A stretch of 56,688 nucleotides of DNA from Candidatus Woesearchaeota archaeon (lineage in GTDB: Archaea > Nanobdellota > Nanobdellia > Woesearchaeales > GCA-2686295): assembly GCA_002686295.1 (NCBI GenBank), contig NZBB01000006.1:2084-58771 (forward strand). Reading direction: 5' to 3'. Made by a program: the position numbers and the translations under genes. This document shows positions 48,069-56,688 of this stretch, one piece after another. The notes beneath the pieces were generated by a model. That model saw only the letters and a program-made list of their open reading frames with translations, ran no database searches and was not told the DNA's origin. The number at the start of each line of letters is the position of its first letter. The stretch's first letter is position 1.

Positions 48069-51000
48069 ATGGTGGTTTCGTACTTGAAGAGGTTTGTAGT
48101 ATTTTCTCAGTTATTATTCTTAATGATTATCGCAGTTAATTTTGCTCAGGCAAACTGCTGTTGTTTAAACGAAGAACCATATTATTCTTATGGTCAATAT
48201 GTTGATCAAGCTGCTTGTAGTTCTTTAAACGGAAGCTTTTATACTGTCGGTGATGCTCAAGAATGCATAACTACTTGTGCACCTCCTTGTCCATCGCTTT
48301 CTTGCGAATCAGCAATAACTTCTCAAAATATATCCTGTAGTTGTGGTCAGGAAATAGTTTCCGAGTTAGGATCTTTTTGCTGTGCTGCTTCTCAAACAAT
48401 TTATGTAGATCAAGATTCTTGTTTGCTGGATAGTGCATGTGCACCTTTAGACAACACTTATTCCATAACAGGTTATATTTTCGATTTGTTTGGACAACCA
48501 ATTTCGAGTGCAGTTATTAGTTCTGCAGATTATACTGGTTCATCTAACGAAGAAGGTTATTATTCTATCCAGAATGTTCCTGAAGCAAATGAGATTACTA
48601 TATCTGCTCAGGCCGCTGAATGCTCCGGTGTTAGCCAAATTGTTTCTTTCACAGAAGATGCAGTTGTTGATTTCTATCTTGAATGTCAGATAACCACAGA
48701 AGAATGTGGAACAGGGATGAGCTGTTGTGCTGCAGATGAAGAATGTGCAGATCCTACTGGAGAATATGTCGGACAGAGAGATTGTGCAACAGGATATTCC
48801 TGCTATGATTATTGTTCTTCATGCACATCTATATCTTCTACTCAAGAAGGATGTGATTTTGGAGAGTGCTCTACAACAGATAATGCTTACTGTGATGTAA
48901 ATGAAGATTGGGTGTATTATGATATTTATAGTGATGAAAATGTTTTTGATGACTATTGTTCTTTATGTGGAGAACTAGATGCTGACTGTCTAAACAGACC
49001 TTGCCAATCTGATAATGCATGTAATGGTGTTTGTCCTATTAACTGCGGTCCTGGTGATGATCCTGATTGTGGATTAAGTTGCGATACAGAATCTAATAGT
49101 TGGTGTGATTCTTATGGTGTTGAAGATTGGACTACTGATGATTATTGTTCTCATTGCTATTTTGCAGATCCAGAAGAATGTCCTTCAAATTGTGGTAATA
49201 CTATTTTAGAATCTGGTGAACAATGCGATGATGGCAACCAACAACCAAACGATGGATGTGATGAAAACTGTCAAATAGAAGATACAGAAACTGGTTGTAA
49301 TCCAAATGGACAAGTTGAACTTCCTGCTGAAGAATGCGATCCAGAATTAGATTGGATTATTAACTGTCCAAGTCCTGCTTATACTGGCTGTAATAATCAA
49401 TGTCAATGTATTCCTGCGTGTAGTTTTGAAAAGCAAGGTCCAAATAGTCTTGGTTTAGGTCATGTTCCTCAATCATCATCAATTACTGTTAATTGGGATT
49501 ATCCAAATATTTGCTTTGATTTATTTGAAGAAGTTAAAGTTATGCGATGCGAAGGTGCTAATTGTAATAACTTTTATTCATTAAATACCATTACTGATGT
49601 CTACACAACGCAATTCACAGATGAATCTATAATAGCAGAAACAACTTACAAATATTATGTTTCTTTAAAGTACAGCGATGGATATGAATGGTATAATTCT
49701 GAAATTGTTGAAATAACAACCGGGCATGAAGATTGTTTAAATCAACATCAAGAGTCATTTTGTAGAGTTGGCTTTACTGACAAATTCGAATGTGATAATG
49801 ACAATCAGCTTTTAACAACTACTTGTGTTGGTTATTGTTTCACTCCTAGTTCAGGAGATGCTTATTGTCTTGGTTCGGGTCCTTGTGATGACTGCAATAG
49901 TATTTATGGAATGTTTGCTGATTTTGCTCTTCAATCTCAAAATAATGATTTCAAGGTCGAATATACTGATATAAGTGGATCAATAAATGACCGAACTTGT
50001 TATGATATAACCTATAATTTTTATGCTTGTTATTTGAAAAAAACTGATAAGAGCGTTGAAAATCTTGAAAGCTGTGTGGGTGCTGATTCTTGCTATAATT
50101 ATCTCTCATCAGAGTCCTGTGACGAAGCAAGTAATCCTTGTGGTAAGTTCATTGATGGACAAGGAGAATTTCAATGCAGTTGGGAATCTTATCCTGACAT
50201 TGTTGAAAACGAGATTGACTTAGGCATATGCCATCCAAATAATCCTGTTTTACAGAACTGCGGTTTATGCAATGAGGATAATTCTGTTTTTGCAGGGGTT
50301 TGCAATTATGATGTGTGTAATTTGTTTGGAGATTGTTACTTTGATGAAGGACAGAAAGGTTGTGCAGGCATCAATGATATCTTTTGTAGTGATTATAATA
50401 ATGAAGCTGATTGTACAGGAGGTAATAACTTTGAACTTGATGCTTTAAATAATGTTATAACAATTAGCGATGATTATTTTGGCTATGGAAAATGCAAATG
50501 GGATGAAAATAGCGAACAATGTTATAGAGATGCAAATGATGATTCTCCTACTGAACCAACAACAGAAAATCCTGAAAGATTCGATTGTTTGGATGACCCA
50601 ATTTGCAAAAAAGATTTCGACTCGCCAACAACTTATGTTAATGGCGAAGAAGGAAGTATTTTCGGCAAGGAATTTAATTTATCTTTTGCAGTTATAGACG
50701 AGATTTATTCACTTTCTAACTTAACAGCTTATTACTGTATAAGCACTCTTGAAAACTGCAATAACGCAACCACTTACATGGAGATTGATTTAAGCAATGA
50801 AAACATAGAAAAAGCGTTCATACGCACATTTCCAGACTCGGAAAATAATAACGAAACATTTACATTAAATTATTACTCTCAAGACTTTGCTAAAAACTTA
50901 GAACTTGTAAAAACTTTTGATTTTTTTATTGACGGCAAAGATCCTTTACTGACTTTTTCTTATGAATATAATTCTTATGAAACGGCTGTTGGATGGTTTA

Positions 51001-54000
51001 ACGATGTCGTAACAATTCTTTCGGCTGATGAACAGGTTATCTGCGATTTAACATTGAAAAACTCTGCTGGAGAAGAACAAGGAGAGAATATTGAAAATAT
51101 TACAGGTACTGATTTTCAAATAGCTTATAATCAATTAGTTGATGGAACTTACTGGTTTAATATTGACTGCGAAGATATGCGTGGAAACAAAGCAGATTTA
51201 ACACAGGAACAAATAACTGTTGAAGGTGATAAAAGCATAACTAATCCAAGTCCGGAATATGAAAAATTCGATGTTTTATCAATAGACATATCTGTTGAAA
51301 CAATTAATGAAGGCGACTGCAGATATAGTACTCAAACATATCAATATGAAAATATGCATGAAATATTTGATGCTGAAAACCATGTTTTCAGCGGTTCATT
51401 TGACTCTGAAGATAATCTTTATCACACTAAAACTCTTGAATTATATGGCTCTGGCGTTTACAAATTATATACTGCATGCAACATCTCTTATGAAAAAACT
51501 GAAGGCACAGTCTGGGAAGTGACAGAAGGAAATGATGGAGACTGGATTGTTTTCTCAATTGACAAACTTAAGCCTGTAACAGCTCTTTACAACAAAGAAA
51601 CAAACGATGAGTTTGATGAAAGCAGATATTATAGATCTCTTGAATTGGAATTTGTCTGTAAAGAACCTAACTGGTATAGTGATGATAACGGCAATACTTG
51701 GGGTATGACTTTAGGCGAATCATGGGATGGCTCTTTTGGCTGTGAAGAATTGATTTTATGCGAAGGTCAGGGATGCAATCCTACATCTGTAAGCGATACA
51801 AATGAATTAAAAATTTTGCCTGAAGCAGGAATAACTGAGAAAGATTACATATTCTACTTTTACTCAAAAGATATTGAAAACACAGAGGATTTAAGAACCG
51901 CAACTATACATATAGACAGTGTTGATTCAAATATAAGCTTGATAACTATGAAAGAAAACAATGTTGTTGAAACATTAAGTTATGGAGATTATGACTTAAT
52001 AGCAGAATCAACTAAGAGCATACAAAATGTTGTGAGATTCTCTTATAAAATATTATATGATGATAATTCACAGTCATCAACTTTTTCATTATTGCCTACA
52101 ACTATAAATAACGAATATAGTTTCCAAAGTTCAATAAGTGTTAATACAAATTTATTTTACAATAAAATTGGTGAAATACAAGTAGTCATTGAAGTAGAAG
52201 ATAATCACGGATTAAGAACAACTGAAACCTTTAATCTTCCTTTCAACACTCAAGGTCCACCACCACCAATACCGGAGCCAATGTTTAATGTTGAAAAACT
52301 AATAGCTTTAACCGGCACAGGCTTAAGTTTCAAAGATTCAAACAACAATTTTTACCCATTCATATATTATGATTCTGTAACGCTTGCAGATGATAGTTAT
52401 TATCAGGAATTAACAGTTGTTAGAGATGAAAATTTCTTTGTAACAGGATACACTTCAGATATTCAAGGAGATGTACTTATTTATAGAATCAAAGGAACCG
52501 GAACAGCATACACACCAACTTATTCATACGAGCAAACAATGATTCCTGGTGCCGTTCAAGAACTTGAAACAAAGCCTTTAAAATTCGATGCGTACAAAAA
52601 CAGCGATGAAATAATAATAGACACAACTCAAGAATTAGTTAACTGGGGTGCTGGTTACATAAACTTTGAACCTTTATCAAGCGACAAAGGATTAATACAA
52701 TACATGAATTACGGAAAGTTCTACACAATAACAAGCTCTGAATTCTTAGGAGCCGCAACAGGCCATAAAATAACCTTTTCTCCATCATTAGAAAAAGATC
52801 TTTCACAAGAAAACAATGTTTATTTATATGACAAAGACAGAAGCCAGAAATGGTTTGGTCAAGACATCAATTTAGAATATTCTCCATCAGATAATAACCT
52901 GTATAATTTAGTGTTTGGATTAGACGACTCATTAAACATAGGTATGTCTCCTTACTATTCATTATACATAGATAACAGCCCTTTAAGAGCAACCAACGTT
53001 TTCCCGATTGGCGGAACAATAACAAATAAATTTTATCCTTTAATAATTGAATTCGAAGAAGATCCTGCAGGCAGTGGATTAAAAGAGGATTCAATAAAAT
53101 TCATTATCGACGAAAATGGCGAATCAACAACGAAAACCATTGAGACAGGAATAACCTTAACTGAACTTGGAATCGTGGATGGATACAGAAAATACAATGC
53201 AGAATATCTTCCAGTAAATGGCTGGGATGATGCTAATTACAATATCACAATACAGATAGAAGACCAAGCAGGCAACGAGCTTGATACAATAGGGTTCTTT
53301 GATGAACAAATATTGTTTGTGTTTGATAGCAATGCTCCAAGCAACCCATTATTCAATGTTATAAGTGCAACAGACGACAACATCGATAATCACGGAAGAA
53401 TAGTTGTTGATAACAGCAACCCCAGCTTTGAACTGGATTTCACAATGAATGCAAACGGCTCTGTTGAATCTTTAGACATAACTCCCGCAGTTCTAGGAGC
53501 TACTTGTTCGTTACAAACAAAGAATTTCTTTACTTGTAATTTTAACAATGCTTTATCAGAACAAATGCATGAGTTAAGCGTTTCTGCAAACAAGATACTT
53601 CCTAATGGTAGCCTTGGACCTGAAGGTATTTACATGCAGGATTCAGATGGAAAACCATTAACGATAATAGTTGACCATACAGCCCCTTCATTCACATTAC
53701 AGCCAGAAAAAGAATACTTGGCACCTAACGAATCAATAACTGTTTATGCGGATGTTAACAACGAAGAATACGATTTATGGGCGACAATTAGCACAGATGA
53801 ATGGCAAACAAATGTTAATGTTGAAGAAGTTGATGATTCAAGGTTCTTTATAATTCCAGAAACATTTTACTGGGGAGAAGATGGAGAAAAAATAGTTGAA
53901 GTAAGATTAAAAGACTTTGCAGGCCATGAAACAGCCGAAACAACAACTATAACTATTGACAGCACTCCGCCAGCTGTTATTATTCAAGCGATTGAAGCAG

Positions 54001-54347
54001 ATTACGGATTCTTGATACCAAACACTGACAACGCAACTGTTGGGACTCGAGAAATAACTATTATAGGCACAGTTGATGATGACTCATATTCATTGTGCTA
54101 TACACAAGAAAGTGGCGGTTCTGATTGCATATTTGAATGCTCTGGAGAGCAAGAAGACTGCATAAGTAGAGTAGAGGGTAGGGATGAATTCAGATTAACA
54201 CTAATAATTCAAGGCGAAAACTCCATGGAAACCCTTAACAATGTATTCATGACTGTCACTGATTACTCAGGTCATGAAACAACCAGCTCTTTATTCGTCC
54301 TTCTTGATTTAGTGCCACCCGGAGAACCAACAATAATCATTGAATAA
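48069..54347 (+). CDS. Giant 2092-aa secreted Cys-rich / Ig-like protein
   Basis: Signal peptide; carboxypeptidase-regulatory-like domain; Myxococcus-type repeat CGN..ESGEQCDDGN..DGC; FN3-like; multiple D..GN and D..P Ig-like repeats. Confidence 0.88.
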   Translation: MVVSYLKRFVVFSQLLFLMIIAVNFAQANCCCLNEEPYYSYGQYVDQAACSSLNGSFYTVGDAQECITTCAPPCPSLSCESAITSQNISCSCGQEIVSELGSFCCAASQTIYVDQDSCLLDSACAPLDNTYSITGYIFDLFGQPISSAVISSADYTGSSNEEGYYSIQNVPEANEITISAQAAECSGVSQIVSFTEDAVVDFYLECQITTEECGTGMSCCAADEECADPTGEYVGQRDCATGYSCYDYCSSCTSISSTQEGCDFGECSTTDNAYCDVNEDWVYYDIYSDENVFDDYCSLCGELDADCLNRPCQSDNACNGVCPINCGPGDDPDCGLSCDTESNSWCDSYGVEDWTTDDYCSHCYFADPEECPSNCGNTILESGEQCDDGNQQPNDGCDENCQIEDTETGCNPNGQVELPAEECDPELDWIINCPSPAYTGCNNQCQCIPACSFEKQGPNSLGLGHVPQSSSITVNWDYPNICFDLFEEVKVMRCEGANCNNFYSLNTITDVYTTQFTDESIIAETTYKYYVSLKYSDGYEWYNSEIVEITTGHEDCLNQHQESFCRVGFTDKFECDNDNQLLTTTCVGYCFTPSSGDAYCLGSGPCDDCNSIYGMFADFALQSQNNDFKVEYTDISGSINDRTCYDITYNFYACYLKKTDKSVENLESCVGADSCYNYLSSESCDEASNPCGKFIDGQGEFQCSWESYPDIVENEIDLGICHPNNPVLQNCGLCNEDNSVFAGVCNYDVCNLFGDCYFDEGQKGCAGINDIFCSDYNNEADCTGGNNFELDALNNVITISDDYFGYGKCKWDENSEQCYRDANDDSPTEPTTENPERFDCLDDPICKKDFDSPTTYVNGEEGSIFGKEFNLSFAVIDEIYSLSNLTAYYCISTLENCNNATTYMEIDLSNENIEKAFIRTFPDSENNNETFTLNYYSQDFAKNLELVKTFDFFIDGKDPLLTFSYEYNSYETAVGWFNDVVTILSADEQVICDLTLKNSAGEEQGENIENITGTDFQIAYNQLVDGTYWFNIDCEDMRGNKADLTQEQITVEGDKSITNPSPEYEKFDVLSIDISVETINEGDCRYSTQTYQYENMHEIFDAENHVFSGSFDSEDNLYHTKTLELYGSGVYKLYTACNISYEKTEGTVWEVTEGNDGDWIVFSIDKLKPVTALYNKETNDEFDESRYYRSLELEFVCKEPNWYSDDNGNTWGMTLGESWDGSFGCEELILCEGQGCNPTSVSDTNELKILPEAGITEKDYIFYFYSKDIENTEDLRTATIHIDSVDSNISLITMKENNVVETLSYGDYDLIAESTKSIQNVVRFSYKILYDDNSQSSTFSLLPTTINNEYSFQSSISVNTNLFYNKIGEIQVVIEVEDNHGLRTTETFNLPFNTQGPPPPIPEPMFNVEKLIALTGTGLSFKDSNNNFYPFIYYDSVTLADDSYYQELTVVRDENFFVTGYTSDIQGDVLIYRIKGTGTAYTPTYSYEQTMIPGAVQELETKPLKFDAYKNSDEIIIDTTQELVNWGAGYINFEPLSSDKGLIQYMNYGKFYTITSSEFLGAATGHKITFSPSLEKDLSQENNVYLYDKDRSQKWFGQDINLEYSPSDNNLYNLVFGLDDSLNIGMSPYYSLYIDNSPLRATNVFPIGGTITNKFYPLIIEFEEDPAGSGLKEDSIKFIIDENGESTTKTIETGITLTELGIVDGYRKYNAEYLPVNGWDDANYNITIQIEDQAGNELDTIGFFDEQILFVFDSNAPSNPLFNVISATDDNIDNHGRIVVDNSNPSFELDFTMNANGSVESLDITPAVLGATCSLQTKNFFTCNFNNALSEQMHELSVSANKILPNGSLGPEGIYMQDSDGKPLTIIVDHTAPSFTLQPEKEYLAPNESITVYADVNNEEYDLWATISTDEWQTNVNVEEVDDSRFFIIPETFYWGEDGEKIVEVRLKDFAGHETAETTTITIDSTPPAVIIQAIEADYGFLIPNTDNATVGTREITIIGTVDDDSYSLCYTQESGGSDCIFECSGEQEDCISRVEGRDEFRLTLIIQGENSMETLNNVFMTVTDYSGHETTSSLFVLLDLVPPGEPTIIIE

Positions 54348-54367
54348 AGCTAAGCTCATTTTAAAAA

Positions 54368-56688
54368 ATGAAAAAAGAGGTGTTAATTTTACTGCTGATA
54401 TTATTATCTGTAGCTCAAGCTCAAGAAACTTACATAAAAGATGAAATAACAGTAACAAATTCCAGGCCTGAAATAACTGTTGTTTTCGATGAGCAGGTCA
54501 CAATAGTTACAGCACAGATAATCGGACTTGAAGAAAATATTTTCTACAGCGTTAATTATACAACAGAAGACAATATTTTATTCCTCATGAATGCCAACAA
54601 CTACTTGATAAATGGAAATTATGAATTGCAGATATATTATCAGGATTATATGGGCAATCCAAGCCAGGTTATTCAGCCGTTCATCGTTGATGCCCCCGCA
54701 ATGAATATCTGGATTGAAAGTCCGCCTCTTGGTGCTTCTCAAATAGAAGTTTTTGATGTAACAGTTAAATCAGAAGAAGATTCACAATGCAGATATTCTC
54801 CAATACAAAATCCTCCTCCTAATGCTTTCAACTATAATTTTTTGTTTGACTTGGAAGAGAGCACAAGTCACTTTGCTTATGGTATTAACAGTGAGGAAAG
54901 TCTTTTCTATCTAAACAACCCTTCGCCTGATGAAAATGGTTTTTACGCAGACTTCTATGTAAAATGCAATGATGAAAATGGTATAACTCATCTTGCAGAA
55001 TTATACTTAACTTATGATCCAACACCACCATCTTTGGGAGTTTCTATAACTCCCAACCCAATCACTGATCCAAACGAACCATTTACAGAGCTAACATTGA
55101 CATCGACTGACAGAGTTGTCTGTACTTATACAGAAAATGGCGAGCAGAATGAATTCGATGATTATTATCCGGAAGAAGTTTTATCTTACAAAAAAGAGCA
55201 TTTGTTGATACTTGATTTTACAGAATTAGGGAACAGACCAATTCAAGAGTTGTTTGATGAAGAATTATTTGAATATGATATAACCTGCACAAACCTTGCA
55301 GGATTAACTGCAACTGCTGGAGTAAGTTTAACAGTTGCTTTTGAGGATGAATTCTCTATTAATATGAATTCTCCGGGTAGTTATACCAATGAAGAATCTG
55401 TTGATTTCGAGATTGAAACAAGCATTCAAACGCTTGGAGGATGTATTTATGGTGTTGGAACGGCTGACAATGATTTTTCAGAAGTAATCGATAACAAGGT
55501 TTACAAAACAAATCTTGGCTCATTAGCTGAAGGAGAATATTCTTATGTTGTCAATTGTGTTGCTTTAAGCTCAAAAACAAAAACTCTTGATTTCGCTGTT
55601 GATAGGACAGAACCAGTTAATTTGAGCATTGAAATGGGTGAGAATTCCTGCTCTTTAGATACTGTGAATGCGATTGTCAGTGCTTCTGATGATAATGAGA
55701 TTGATAGGTTTAATTACAGCGTTGTTAAAGTTAGTGATATTCTGGTTGAAGGCTCAACTAATTCAGGAGAGATATCACAAAGAGTTGACATGGAAGAAAA
55801 TGAAACTTACAAATTAGTCGTTACTGCTTATGATGAAGCAAACAATTTTTTGCAAGGAGAAAAAAGCTTTGTTGCAAAGCCAAGCTCCGCTGTTGAATGC
55901 GATTATGTTTCGCCAAATACATTCATTGAAGAAACACCTACTTCAGAAGGTTTAGTTGTTGATATTGGATGTTCTGATATAGACTCTGGATGTCTGTCTG
56001 CCTTTAAATATGGTTTGTCTTCAGAAACAGAAACTTGCAATATATTAGAACACACTCAGAATTTGAATGAAAGTATTATTTTATTATCAGATCAAATTGT
56101 TTGTTGGATTGTTTATGATTTAAACAATAACAATGCTACTGGAGAGGAATTCGTTGAGTTCATAACTCCTGAAGAGGTTTTTCCTCCTCACTGCTTTAAC
56201 AATGAAACTGATGCGTTTGAAACTGATGTTGACTGCGGAGGAGAGTGCGTTGTTTGTGAAAGTGGTTCTGCATGCTTTGATAATAGCGATTGCAGTTCCA
56301 ATTCATGCAATCCATTGATTTTGGAATGTGTTGAGCCAAATTGTGAAAACAATTATCAAGATGGGGATGAATCAGATGTTGATTGTGGCGGTTCTTGTAA
56401 TATTTGTAGTTTAGGTCAAAGCTGTTCTTCAGATAATGATTGTGAAACAGATGTTTGCAGTAATAGTATTTGTTCTGAAGACTTAACTACTGACACAGAT
56501 TATGATGGTATGCCTGATTACTGGGAAGAAGAATACAATTTCGATATTAACGACCCCACAGACGCTGACGAAGATACAGACAATGACGGTTTCACAAACT
56601 TGGAAGAATTTAAAGCAGGCACAGACCCATTAGATGAAAACAGCAAACCAAAAACCGGAGACTCTGACAAAGACGGAATGCTTGATTA
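54368..56688 (+). CDS. Large secreted acidic protein, truncated by window end (absent from ORF track)
   Basis: MKKEVLILLLILLSVAQAQ signal; two E(T/S)DVDCGG.C repeats; TSP3-like DTDYDGMPDYWE and DTDNDGFTNLEE in the same frame as the ATG. Confidence 0.88.
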   Translation, partial: MKKEVLILLLILLSVAQAQETYIKDEITVTNSRPEITVVFDEQVTIVTAQIIGLEENIFYSVNYTTEDNILFLMNANNYLINGNYELQIYYQDYMGNPSQVIQPFIVDAPAMNIWIESPPLGASQIEVFDVTVKSEEDSQCRYSPIQNPPPNAFNYNFLFDLEESTSHFAYGINSEESLFYLNNPSPDENGFYADFYVKCNDENGITHLAELYLTYDPTPPSLGVSITPNPITDPNEPFTELTLTSTDRVVCTYTENGEQNEFDDYYPEEVLSYKKEHLLILDFTELGNRPIQELFDEELFEYDITCTNLAGLTATAGVSLTVAFEDEFSINMNSPGSYTNEESVDFEIETSIQTLGGCIYGVGTADNDFSEVIDNKVYKTNLGSLAEGEYSYVVNCVALSSKTKTLDFAVDRTEPVNLSIEMGENSCSLDTVNAIVSASDDNEIDRFNYSVVKVSDILVEGSTNSGEISQRVDMEENETYKLVVTAYDEANNFLQGEKSFVAKPSSAVECDYVSPNTFIEETPTSEGLVVDIGCSDIDSGCLSAFKYGLSSETETCNILEHTQNLNESIILLSDQIVCWIVYDLNNNNATGEEFVEFITPEEVFPPHCFNNETDAFETDVDCGGECVVCESGSACFDNSDCSSNSCNPLILECVEPNCENNYQDGDESDVDCGGSCNICSLGQSCSSDNDCETDVCSNSICSEDLTTDTDYDGMPDYWEEEYNFDINDPTDADEDTDNDGFTNLEEFKAGTDPLDENSKPKTGDSDKDGMLD

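Noticed and set aside
463..53593. Many 60-185 aa ORFs nested in or antisense to recognised genes
   Set aside because: Shadow frames of A-rich coding strands with no motifs or SD support

Overview
AT-rich archaeal chromosome segment, most consistent with a DPANN (Woesearchaeota-like) genome. The basis is archaeal informational genes, GAGGTG Shine-Dalgarno sites, TATA boxes ahead of leaderless ATGs, bacterial-type GAPDH/PGK/LeuRS and giant Cys-rich surface proteins. It contains a polyamine/hypusine operon (DHS, fold-III decarboxylase, agmatinase), sugar-nucleotide and glycogen-debranching genes, cysS/valS/leuS, three tRNAs, SRP RNA, ABCE1, PolB, an MCM-like ATPase, gap/pgk, Rpp21, Bud32, the S13-S4-S11-RpoD-L18e-L13-S9-RpoN cluster and three very large secreted proteins (the last runs off the window). 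No transposase, integrase or CRISPR array was seen. The best unexplained signals are regulatory: a leader peptide ahead of the polyamine operon, a micro-ORF plus SD/ATG-sequestering hairpin ahead of rpoN, and other SD-bearing hairpins with micro-ORFs. Others are a duplicated ~90-bp intergenic cassette, a fixed-spacing motif shared by two secreted-protein promoters, and twin 17-bp palindromes between tRNAs. Structural oddities include a 15/16 tRNA intron, ABCE1 missing all four ligands of one Fe-S cluster, SRP RNA apparently lacking helix 6, and a divergently split MCM paralogue. All calls come from reading the sequence by eye; no searches were run.
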